A stretch of 50,467 bases of DNA, taken from SAR324 cluster bacterium. GTDB lineage: Bacteria > SAR324 > JACQKK01. Positions 40,169 to 47,659 of the stretch are shown one piece after another. Location: assembly GCA_027297205.1 (NCBI GenBank), contig JAPUIH010000197.1:1-50467 (forward strand), given 5' to 3'. The stretch's first letter is position 1, and each line of letters starts with the position of its first letter. A model generated the notes under the pieces. That model had not been told where the DNA came from. It searched no databases and saw nothing but the letters and a program-made list of their open reading frames with translations. The translations under genes were made by a program, and so were the position numbers.

Positions 40169-41137
40169 TGAGGCTGCAGCCCGCTCGGCGTTCCGCTCGT
40201 AAATTATCTGGTTCTGTTGGAGCGCCCGCACCATTTCCTCGGACTTTTCCTCGACACGGCTCAATAGCGCGAACAGTTCGTAAGCGGCGAACTTGATAAA
40301 TCCCGCCTGGGCGGAGTTAAACTCGGATTTGCTGGAATCGTTGAGGGGACCTACCGGCAGGTTGAATTTTTTTTCCATTTCGCCTTGCGCCCAGAACTCG
40401 TTCATCACGCGCTGCCCCCATACCTTGGCTTGGCGAAAGGGCTTGGAAGTATTGGAGATATCGGCGGCTTTGATGAGCGTGCGGCACATTAGGGACAAGA
40501 ATTCCTTTTCTTTGAAGTCGAATTTATTTCTGGAAGTTCCTTCGGTCAATTCGTCGAGAAAGACCTTGTGCCAAGAGAAATCGGTGCACAGGATCAACTG
40601 ATCGAACAGTTTGAGGATGTCTTGCCGCTTGTACTCTTCAATACTGGCGAACACGTCCAATTCAGGGTCTTCGAGAAGCTCTTTGGAAACCGCTAGGGAG
40701 TGGTTTTCGATCACGGACATGTTGTTGTATTTTTTCGCCAGCGGTGAGTGGGTTTTAATTTCCCATTGGTTGTCATGTCCGGGATGCTCCACGTCGTGCA
40801 CCAGTGCGGTCATCAGCAGAAGGTATTTGTGAAAATCCGGCAGATTTTTCTTAAATATCGGCAGGTTCAGCAGCCACGCCATGGTGTACAGGGTGTCAAC
40901 CGCATGCTGAAAATTGTGGTAGGGATTGTCCCGGTACCTGTCACCAATTTCTTTAATGAACCTGCTTAACGGGTCCGGCCGCACACCCAGCCGCTTCATC
41001 GAACCCTGCTCGATGAATATCTTCTCCGCCAGGGCGGACAATTCCCGCCTTGAGCGCATGGGCAGCACAGAATAGGTACGTTCGAACTTCATGAGGGCTC
41101 GGCACGCAAGGGCGGCATCAAATCGCACGGTCCCCAA
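40160..41137 (-). CDS. Class I 3',5'-cyclic-nucleotide phosphodiesterase catalytic domain (PDEase_I, eukaryote-type HD enzyme)
   Basis: YHNFQHAVD, LVHDVEHPGHDNQW, ENHSLAV, CTDFSWH, ADISNTSKP, EFWAQGEME, QAGFIKF, all in the canonical order. The maximal ORF has a TTG start at 41137; ATG 41092 and ATG 41059 are alternatives. The 3' end overlaps the exonuclease gene by 9 bp. Confidence 0.8.
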   Translation of the reverse strand: MGTVRFDAALACRALMKFERTYSVLPMRSRRELSALAEKIFIEQGSMKRLGVRPDPLSRFIKEIGDRYRDNPYHNFQHAVDTLYTMAWLLNLPIFKKNLPDFHKYLLLMTALVHDVEHPGHDNQWEIKTHSPLAKKYNNMSVIENHSLAVSKELLEDPELDVFASIEEYKRQDILKLFDQLILCTDFSWHKVFLDELTEGTSRNKFDFKEKEFLSLMCRTLIKAADISNTSKPFRQAKVWGQRVMNEFWAQGEMEKKFNLPVGPLNDSSKSEFNSAQAGFIKFAAYELFALLSRVEEKSEEMVRALQQNQIIYERNAERAAASLK

Positions 41138-41315
41138 AGATTCAGAGTGTGAAGGCGCGAATGTAGGACAATCTAGCCAATATAGTGCAAAAATGCCAAT
41201 TATTGTAAGGCTGTGATTAATTTATAGGGCGAAATTCAACCCGGTCAAATCCAATTTCCACATTGGGCTCGAAGCGAGCAGCATGCGCGTTCCGCCCCAC
41301 GACGGATAGCCGAAA

Positions 41316-42581
41316 ATGACCGAAATTCATGAAAAGCGCGAACGTCGTCCGGGTGCGGTAAATCTTCGCCACATGAGGGTCGAGACCGACTTTCGCCGCG
41401 CCACCCACCGTTTGGAGCGCCGGGAACGGGACAAGTTCAGCAGCTTCCTGTGGAACATGATCCGCATGGAGCGCAAGCCTAAGGTGTCCCTCTTGGACGT
41501 CGTCGGAGCGCGGGTAGACAAATCCGTGGGCTATCAGCAGGAGGATTCGCTCAAAATCTCGGTGGATTTCTACCATAGCCGGTTTGACCGCACCGGTCTG
41601 ACCGATGTGGTGAAGTACTTCACCGTATTTCTAATGCAGCAGGCGCGCAAGGAGACCGACCCGCAAAAGCAAATGTTCATCATTTTCAAGGCGGTGGAGT
41701 TTGCTCGCATGATCGTCCAGTACTCCCCTCATTCCATTCACGCCGATGCCGAAGCGGTCGTATTTGGCGTATACAGCGATCTGGCCGCACACGATCCTGC
41801 GCGTTTTCAGATTTACTTTGATACGGAACAGCCAATCTACGCGTTGATGAAGCGGCTCCACTTCTCGCCCATGGACACGGACGCACGGCTGGAACTGGGA
41901 GATCTGTATGTCCGTCAGAAAAGCTACTACGACGCCATCGCACAGTTCCAGTACCTGCTGAACCGCTACCCCCGCGTTCCCCGTGAGTCCGACCTGCCTC
42001 GGGGTCGGGTCTACATCAAGATCGCGGATATTTTTCAGGAGTTAATCGACTACGCGGAGCAAGAGTCCGAGCAGTTTCAGGATGCCCGCAAACTCAAGAA
42101 TTTCATTGAGCGCTACAACCGGGACTTCAGCGAGCGTGGCGCCACCCTGACACCGATCCGGGATCCCCATCCCGCCCAGATCGTCCGGGCGGTGCGCTCT
42201 ATGCGCAATGTAGCCAAGTTATGGTACCAGAGGGCTCTGGGGGTGCGTCTGCTGGGCCCGCGCATGGTGACCAAGCTTGTCTCCCAGTTGGCCGGCAATT
42301 ATATGAAAGACGGACAAAACAAGGAGGCTCAGAAGTTGTTGACCACCGCCTATCGCTATTGGCAGCGCGTCCCGGAAGGGGTCGACTCCATCGAGCAGCG
42401 GCTGGACTATCTGAATCTGATGGTGTCTGTAGGCATGCAAGTCAAGCAGCGGGAAATGATCGATTTCGCCAATCAGCAGCTGCGGGAGTATAAGAATCGG
42501 CTCACGGAACTGGAACTGATCGGACAGGCCAAGGAGGACCGCAAGGAAGCCCTGCTTTCAGGAGAGTTGGTCTCTGACTAG
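41316..42581 (+). CDS. Hypothetical protein, Arg-rich N-terminus followed by an all-alpha/TPR-like region
   Basis: 421-aa ORF with GC-rich third positions from about codon 20 onward, so ATG 41373 is a possible start. One TPR-like unit DARLELGDLYVRQKSYYDAIAQFQYLLNRYP. No recognisable catalytic motif. Confidence 0.65.
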   Translation: MTEIHEKRERRPGAVNLRHMRVETDFRRATHRLERRERDKFSSFLWNMIRMERKPKVSLLDVVGARVDKSVGYQQEDSLKISVDFYHSRFDRTGLTDVVKYFTVFLMQQARKETDPQKQMFIIFKAVEFARMIVQYSPHSIHADAEAVVFGVYSDLAAHDPARFQIYFDTEQPIYALMKRLHFSPMDTDARLELGDLYVRQKSYYDAIAQFQYLLNRYPRVPRESDLPRGRVYIKIADIFQELIDYAEQESEQFQDARKLKNFIERYNRDFSERGATLTPIRDPHPAQIVRAVRSMRNVAKLWYQRALGVRLLGPRMVTKLVSQLAGNYMKDGQNKEAQKLLTTAYRYWQRVPEGVDSIEQRLDYLNLMVSVGMQVKQREMIDFANQQLREYKNRLTELELIGQAKEDRKEALLSGELVSD

Positions 42582-42728
42582 TGGTTCACGGAAAGCGCGA
42601 AGGACTTTCCGATTCGCGCCGCGCTGGGGCTGGCTGAATCTGCCCCATGGGAAATTTCAGCCATTTATTGCGAATAAAAGGAAAGGGCGCCACACCCCCC
42701 TTAGGAGCGCTGAAGCACCCGCAGTCTC

Positions 42729-44789
42729 TTATTCGCTGGCTGCCTTCTGGCGGGTTTGCACGATCTTGTCTGAAATTTGCGCGGGCACCTCGTCGTAGCG
42801 GACAAATTTCTGGGAAAATATTCCCTGACCGGAAGTCATGGCACGAAGGTCTATCGCATAGCTCAAAGACTCTCCCATGGGCACTTCCGCCCGCACCACC
42901 TGATTGCGCCCTCTGCTGTCCATGCCCAGCACTTTGCCCCGGCGGGAGTTGATATCGCCCATCACATCACCCGTATAGTCGGGATTGACTGTAATCTCCA
43001 GTTCCATGATTGGTTCGAGCAGCACCGGCCTGGCCTCCTCCATCGCTTTTTTGAAAGCCATGGAGCCCGCCACCTTGAAGGCCATTTCGGAAGAATCCAC
43101 ATCGTGGAAGCTGCCGTCGTAGACGGTCACGTCGATACCGATCACCGGATAACCCGCCACTATCCCTTTGTGCATGGCCTCCACAATGCCCTTTTCAACA
43201 GCAGGTATGTACTGCCTGGGGATAGCGCCTCCCACAATGGCGTTGTTGAACACCAGGCTGTCTTCGCCGCGCAAGGGTTTCAGCGCCAGCCAGCAGTCTC
43301 CATACTGGCCACGCCCTCCGCTTTGCTTCTTATACTTACCCTGCGCTTTGCTTCCTGAGCGGATCGTTTCGCGGTAGGGCACTTGTGGCACGTCGTAGGA
43401 GGCGGTGATGTTGAATTCCCGCTTGAGCCGCCCCAACACCATGTCCAGATGAATCTGCCCCATGCCACTCACCAGCATATCCGTCGTTTCGGTTGAATGA
43501 CGGAATTTCAAAGTCGCATCCTCGTCCATCATGCGGTGCAGGGCAGTAGCCAGTTTCTCTTCCTCCCCTTTGCCGCTCAGCTTGAGGGCCTGCGTGAGTA
43601 CGGGATCGGGAAATTGGATGGGAGCGAATTCCACCTTGTTTTTGGCGCTGCTCAGGGTATCGCCTGTGCTGGTATGGCTAAGCTTGGGAAGGGCTCCCAG
43701 CTCCCCCGTGGCCAGTACCTTTACTTCCTTCTGCTCTTTGCCCATCAGTTTGAACAGGTGCGCCGAGCGCTCCGAATTGTCGGTCGTCGTGTTAAACACG
43801 TCCTCGCCCGCCTTCACCTCCCCGGAGCGAACCCGCACGATGCTGAGCTTGCCGGCATAATGGTCGATTTTGGTCTTAAATACCTGGGCGGAAAACTCCG
43901 AATTCTCCCGGCTATCGGGAACATAACCCTCCGGCGCGGAATCGGTCTCTCTGCGGGCTTCAGTGCGGGTAAGGGTATCGGGCAGGAGATTTACCAGCGC
44001 GTCAAGGATCTGACTGGTACCGATATTCCCGGTGGCGGAGGCACAGAGCACAGGCACCATCTTTCCCGCGTGGGTGGCCTCCCGCAACCCTCTGCGAATC
44101 TCGTCGGCGTCCAGGGATTCGGTTTCCAGGTATTTTTCCAGCAGTTCATCGTCCCCTTCCGCGGCGCCTTCCATGAGCTTGGCCCGGAACTCCTCCGCTT
44201 CCTCCTGCAAATCCGCGGGAATATCTATTCGCTGGGGTTTGTCGGGATCGCTGTAGTCGTAAGCACACATTTCCATCACGTCAACCACGCCCTTGAAAGA
44301 CTCCGCCTGGCCCATGGGAATGGTGATGGGCACCAGCCGGCTCCCAAACAACTCATTGAGATTGTCCAGGCGGGAGCGGAAATTGGCTTGCTCACGATCC
44401 ATCTTGTTGATCACCATTAACCGTGGCAGGCTGTCCGCCTCCAGATAGTCCCACAGCACTTCCGTCTGGCTTTGCAGGCCCGGCTCCGCGCTGGCAACCA
44501 TAATCACGCCATCCACGACACGCAACGCCGCCACCGTAGCGCCGATGAAATTCATCGAGCCGGGGGTGTCCACAATGTCCACCTGGCTACCGTTCCATTC
44601 AAAGAACCCCAGGTCCGCGCTCACGCTGGACTTCCGCTCTTTCTCGTCGGTTTCCCAATCCATTACGCTCGTGCCGGCATCCACCGAGCCGGGTTTTTCG
44701 ATCGCTCCGGCGCGATATAGCATAGATTCGGCAAGTGATGACTTGCCCGCTCCTCCGTGCGCAATCAATCCAATCGCATAGTTCGCCAT
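42729..44789 (-). CDS. Elongation factor G paralogue (EF-G-like / EFG-II-type) with divergent GTPase motifs
   Basis: 686 aa. G1 AHGGAGKSS, G2 region ERKSSV, G3 DTPGSMNF, G4 NKMD, G5 CASA. EF-G domain III-V blocks are conserved: SGGRGQYGDCWL and YDGSFHDVDSSEMAFKVAGSMAFKKA. AGAGGAG SD upstream. Not in an rpsL-rpsG-fusA-tuf context. Confidence 0.85.
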   Translation of the reverse strand: MANYAIGLIAHGGAGKSSLAESMLYRAGAIEKPGSVDAGTSVMDWETDEKERKSSVSADLGFFEWNGSQVDIVDTPGSMNFIGATVAALRVVDGVIMVASAEPGLQSQTEVLWDYLEADSLPRLMVINKMDREQANFRSRLDNLNELFGSRLVPITIPMGQAESFKGVVDVMEMCAYDYSDPDKPQRIDIPADLQEEAEEFRAKLMEGAAEGDDELLEKYLETESLDADEIRRGLREATHAGKMVPVLCASATGNIGTSQILDALVNLLPDTLTRTEARRETDSAPEGYVPDSRENSEFSAQVFKTKIDHYAGKLSIVRVRSGEVKAGEDVFNTTTDNSERSAHLFKLMGKEQKEVKVLATGELGALPKLSHTSTGDTLSSAKNKVEFAPIQFPDPVLTQALKLSGKGEEEKLATALHRMMDEDATLKFRHSTETTDMLVSGMGQIHLDMVLGRLKREFNITASYDVPQVPYRETIRSGSKAQGKYKKQSGGRGQYGDCWLALKPLRGEDSLVFNNAIVGGAIPRQYIPAVEKGIVEAMHKGIVAGYPVIGIDVTVYDGSFHDVDSSEMAFKVAGSMAFKKAMEEARPVLLEPIMELEITVNPDYTGDVMGDINSRRGKVLGMDSRGRNQVVRAEVPMGESLSYAIDLRAMTSGQGIFSQKFVRYDEVPAQISDKIVQTRQKAASE

Positions 44790-45068
44790 GGGAAATATCT
44801 CCTCTAAGTAATTCTACTGCCGCCAGGAGCGGCACACATATCATTACGGTGAAGCTTTCCGCGTTGGGAGCGCTATGTGAGGGCGGGCCGATGCCGCTTC
44901 ATCCCTGCCGTTCCACGGCTCCGCATGCACCGCGCCATACACCCTATTGGGCATCAGCGCGGCGGCGCGGAGACCAGGATCGAATTACTCCCCTTGGAAT
45001 GTGAGTGAGCATAGCGAACGCCACGGCCTAAGTAAAGATGTGCCGCGCGGCGTCCGCTGTGTCTTCGC

Positions 45069-46088
45069 CTACTGCGGCACAATTTTCCGCTGAAGGAAGG
45101 AATACCAATTGGGACGGGAAAACAGAGCCTTGTCCAAAGTGTAAATTTGCGCCTTCTTGAGGGACATGGCTTCTTTGAGGATTTGCGGGGACTTGATGTT
45201 TCCTTCGGCTATGATGGGCACCTTAGTGGCGCGTCCCACCAATTCCACAAGGGTTTCCTCCGCATCGAAGAACTTGTTGAGCACGTGAACGGTTACCGGA
45301 TGCAGCAAATCCACTTTCGCCGAAACCAATGATTTGACAAGCCGTTTCAGGTCGTCTTCGCCAAATCCGTCTTCCAGCTTGTCGTGGATGGTAAACAGGA
45401 ATGAGATGGGAATTTTGGGAGAAATTCGCGACTTGATCGCCTTGATTATTTCCGTGGCAAGATGCATGCGCGCTTCTATTGCGCCTCCATAGGCGTCATA
45501 GCGGTTGTTGAAGCGCGTGGACAGGCATTGGTCGAGCAAATACTGCTGCCCACCGTTGATTTCGATAATATCGGCCCCGGCTTCCTCGGCGCGTTCGGCG
45601 GCATGCACGAAAAACAGGACAATTTCTTCCACATCGCCATCGTCAAATTCCCGGCTGGTGTCAAATTCCTTGCCGAAATTGAGGATCGCTGGGCCCACCG
45701 GCTGTTCGCCACAGATGGCCTCGGAGGTTTTCGCGCCCGCGTGGGCCAAGCGCACACAGATTGCGGCCCCTTCCTTGTGCGCATCGTCAATGAGCCGCGC
45801 AAGATTTTCCGTGTGAAACTCGGCGGAAATTCCCATTTGGTTTACATGGGCGCGTCCCTGGCGCACCACATAGGCCGATTCCAGAATCAACACACCCGCG
45901 CCTTCCCTGGCGATATCCAGGTAGTACTCGTGCATGCCCCCCGAAATGGAGCCGTCTTTGTTGGCCTGGTTTTCCTGGAAAGGAGAGAATGCGATGCGGT
46001 TGCGAAGCTGCAGGTGATTCAAATTTACGGGTTCAAACATTGTATTTCTTGGAATGTGGTCTATCCGCGCGGGGATTAAATTGCTCAC
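45069..46088 (-). CDS. NADH:flavin oxidoreductase, Old Yellow Enzyme family
   Basis: MFEPVNLNHLQLRNRIAFSPF is an OYE-type N-terminus, followed by a TIM-barrel pattern. The maximal ORF starts at GTG 46088, overlapping the hisE stop (GTGA). ATG 46040 would give the canonical N-terminus. Confidence 0.8.
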   Translation of the reverse strand: MSNLIPARIDHIPRNTMFEPVNLNHLQLRNRIAFSPFQENQANKDGSISGGMHEYYLDIAREGAGVLILESAYVVRQGRAHVNQMGISAEFHTENLARLIDDAHKEGAAICVRLAHAGAKTSEAICGEQPVGPAILNFGKEFDTSREFDDGDVEEIVLFFVHAAERAEEAGADIIEINGGQQYLLDQCLSTRFNNRYDAYGGAIEARMHLATEIIKAIKSRISPKIPISFLFTIHDKLEDGFGEDDLKRLVKSLVSAKVDLLHPVTVHVLNKFFDAEETLVELVGRATKVPIIAEGNIKSPQILKEAMSLKKAQIYTLDKALFSRPNWYSFLQRKIVPQ

Positions 46089-46420
46089 GCTCGCTTGACC
46101 GAGCGTGAACGCTTCTCGCTCAGGCCGGAGGTTCCGAACCGCGACCCGAGTTCACTTTCAATATCATCCACTGTAACGTCCGTGCTGGCCATCAAAACCA
46201 GCAAATGAAACCACAGATCGGCCAACTCGTGAATGGTGTTTTGCCGGTGCCCGCTCTTTACTGCGAGCGTAAGTTCGAAAAATTCTTCATTAACTTTGCG
46301 AAGCACCGTGTCGCCGCCCTGTGCCATCAAGGAGGCCACATAGGACTCCTCCGGATCTGCGCCGAATCGCTCTTGAATTACACGGTATACTTCGCCAAGA
46401 GATGCCTTGGCCTTTGCCAC
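46085..46420 (-). CDS. hisE: Phosphoribosyl-ATP pyrophosphohydrolase (stand-alone HisE, MazG-like fold)
   Basis: 111 aa with a GTG start. SYVASLMAQGGDTVLRKVNEEFFELTLAVKSG...HELADLWFHLLVLMASTDVTVDDIESELGSRFGTSGLSEKRSR follows the HisE pattern. Confidence 0.8.
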   Translation of the reverse strand: MAKAKASLGEVYRVIQERFGADPEESYVASLMAQGGDTVLRKVNEEFFELTLAVKSGHRQNTIHELADLWFHLLVLMASTDVTVDDIESELGSRFGTSGLSEKRSRSVKRA

Positions 46421-46659
46421 GCCGTTATCCTCGCCGGTTTGGAGCCATCCGTGCGGCCCAAATCGACGCAGGGTGCCTCGGACGGATCAAAACATCAACC
46501 CCTATGTTACCACAAAACCAAATAGGTCTCAGCATTTGTGATTTCACAAGCGAAAGAAATTGACTAAAAGGAGAATATTTGTTTACCTTTTTTATTGCTG
46601 CTCCCGATGCACCCAGTAAAACGGCCATACCATGTAATCCGTGAGGAGATGTCCGATCC

Positions 46660-47607
46660 GTGTCCAATGCGCTCAAGATTCAGTGGCGGGGCTTTTTGAG
46701 GATTGGCCTGGCGGGCCTGTTGCCACAGGCCAGGGCCGGGCTCTTGCTGGCGGGATTGGTTTTCACCATCGCACCACCCGCCTCCTTTGGGCAAACACTC
46801 ACGCTGCACGCCCCGCCGGCCTACGTTAACGACGGTGATACTTTCGAGGCCGACCTGAGCGGAAATGGCCGGCTGGAATTTCCTCAGGAGCGCGTGCGCT
46901 TGTTGTTTGTGGACACGCCGGAGTTACACGATTCGTATAAAGGGCGCAACATGCGTTTTGGCCTGCGGGCAAAGGCCTTTTTGGAGTCCATGCTCGCACG
47001 CCCGCCAGTCACCCTGATTTTTGATGCAAGGCGCAGATTCGACACTTACGGCCGTTCCCTGGCGCTGCTCCGGGCAGACGGGAAGGACGTCAATCTTGAG
47101 ATCATCCGTGCGGGCCACTCCTACTTCGATACGCGCTTCCGGTTTCCCAGCGATTACGAATTGTATGCCCAGGCCGAGGGGGACGCCTTTTCGGCGCGCA
47201 GGGGCATCTGGTCAAGCGCCGCCCTGCGCAAGTCCTATTTGAAGCGGCTCCGCAAAGAGGGCAAGACACCACGCGCCAAGGAAAACGCCCTCTACGTACC
47301 CGGATTGCATCAAACACGGAGCCTGCAGCTAAACTCCCTGGCCGGTAAGTTCTTGCGCCTGCAGGGGCATATAGTAAGGCGGGTCTATTTGCGCAGAGGA
47401 CGGCGCAGGCTCGAGTTCGCTGGATTCGCGGAGGACAAGCCGCTGACAGTGTACGTATCGGGCCGCGCCAACCGCAAGAACGATGTGGATGCCTGGCCCT
47501 CGCGGGCGGCGGTGATTATGGACGGATTCGTGAATTTCTACCGCGGTTCGCCCCAACTGGTGCTTCATCACGGAATACCGCTGCCAGTGCCCGTGCCCGG
47601 CAGGTAG
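46660..47607 (+). CDS. Secreted staphylococcal-nuclease (SNase/thermonuclease) homologue with a C-terminal OB-fold-like extension
   Basis: GTG start with a GAGGAG SD 12 nt upstream. Has a signal peptide. VNDGDTFEADL...RVRLLFVDTPELHD (S. aureus nuclease RLLLVDTPE)...DTYGRSLALL...NLEIIRAGHSY. The C-terminal ~120 aa are beta-rich (GHIVRRVYLRRGRRRLEFAGF...PLTVYVSG). Confidence 0.8.
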   Translation: MSNALKIQWRGFLRIGLAGLLPQARAGLLLAGLVFTIAPPASFGQTLTLHAPPAYVNDGDTFEADLSGNGRLEFPQERVRLLFVDTPELHDSYKGRNMRFGLRAKAFLESMLARPPVTLIFDARRRFDTYGRSLALLRADGKDVNLEIIRAGHSYFDTRFRFPSDYELYAQAEGDAFSARRGIWSSAALRKSYLKRLRKEGKTPRAKENALYVPGLHQTRSLQLNSLAGKFLRLQGHIVRRVYLRRGRRRLEFAGFAEDKPLTVYVSGRANRKNDVDAWPSRAAVIMDGFVNFYRGSPQLVLHHGIPLPVPVPGR

Positions 47608-47659
47608 CTCCTTGCGCTAGCCGGTCCAGGTCACTAGCGCGGGGAGGTCCCAGCAGAGG

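Noticed and set aside
41217-41576. A 119-aa minus-strand ORF overlapping the 5' end of the 421-aa gene.
   Set aside because: The plus-strand frame shows the GC-rich third-position bias of real genes here and continues for 421 codons. The minus ORF has no motifs and would collide with the PDE promoter region.
42729-44789. Whether the EF-G-like gene is a Tet(M)/Tet(O)-type ribosomal protection protein, i.e. a resistance gene.
   Set aside because: As I recall, ribosomal protection proteins keep canonical G motifs, including DTPGH. This ORF keeps EF-G-type domain IV blocks and has no mobile-element context. It is better described as an EFG-II-like paralogue.
44950-45030. Minus-strand GGCGTTCGC ... 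GCGCTGATGCC upstream of the EF-G paralogue, faintly like a fluoride (crcB) riboswitch.
   Set aside because: The two halves are about 55 nt apart instead of about 25. Several invariant positions are missing, and the downstream gene is unrelated to fluoride resistance.
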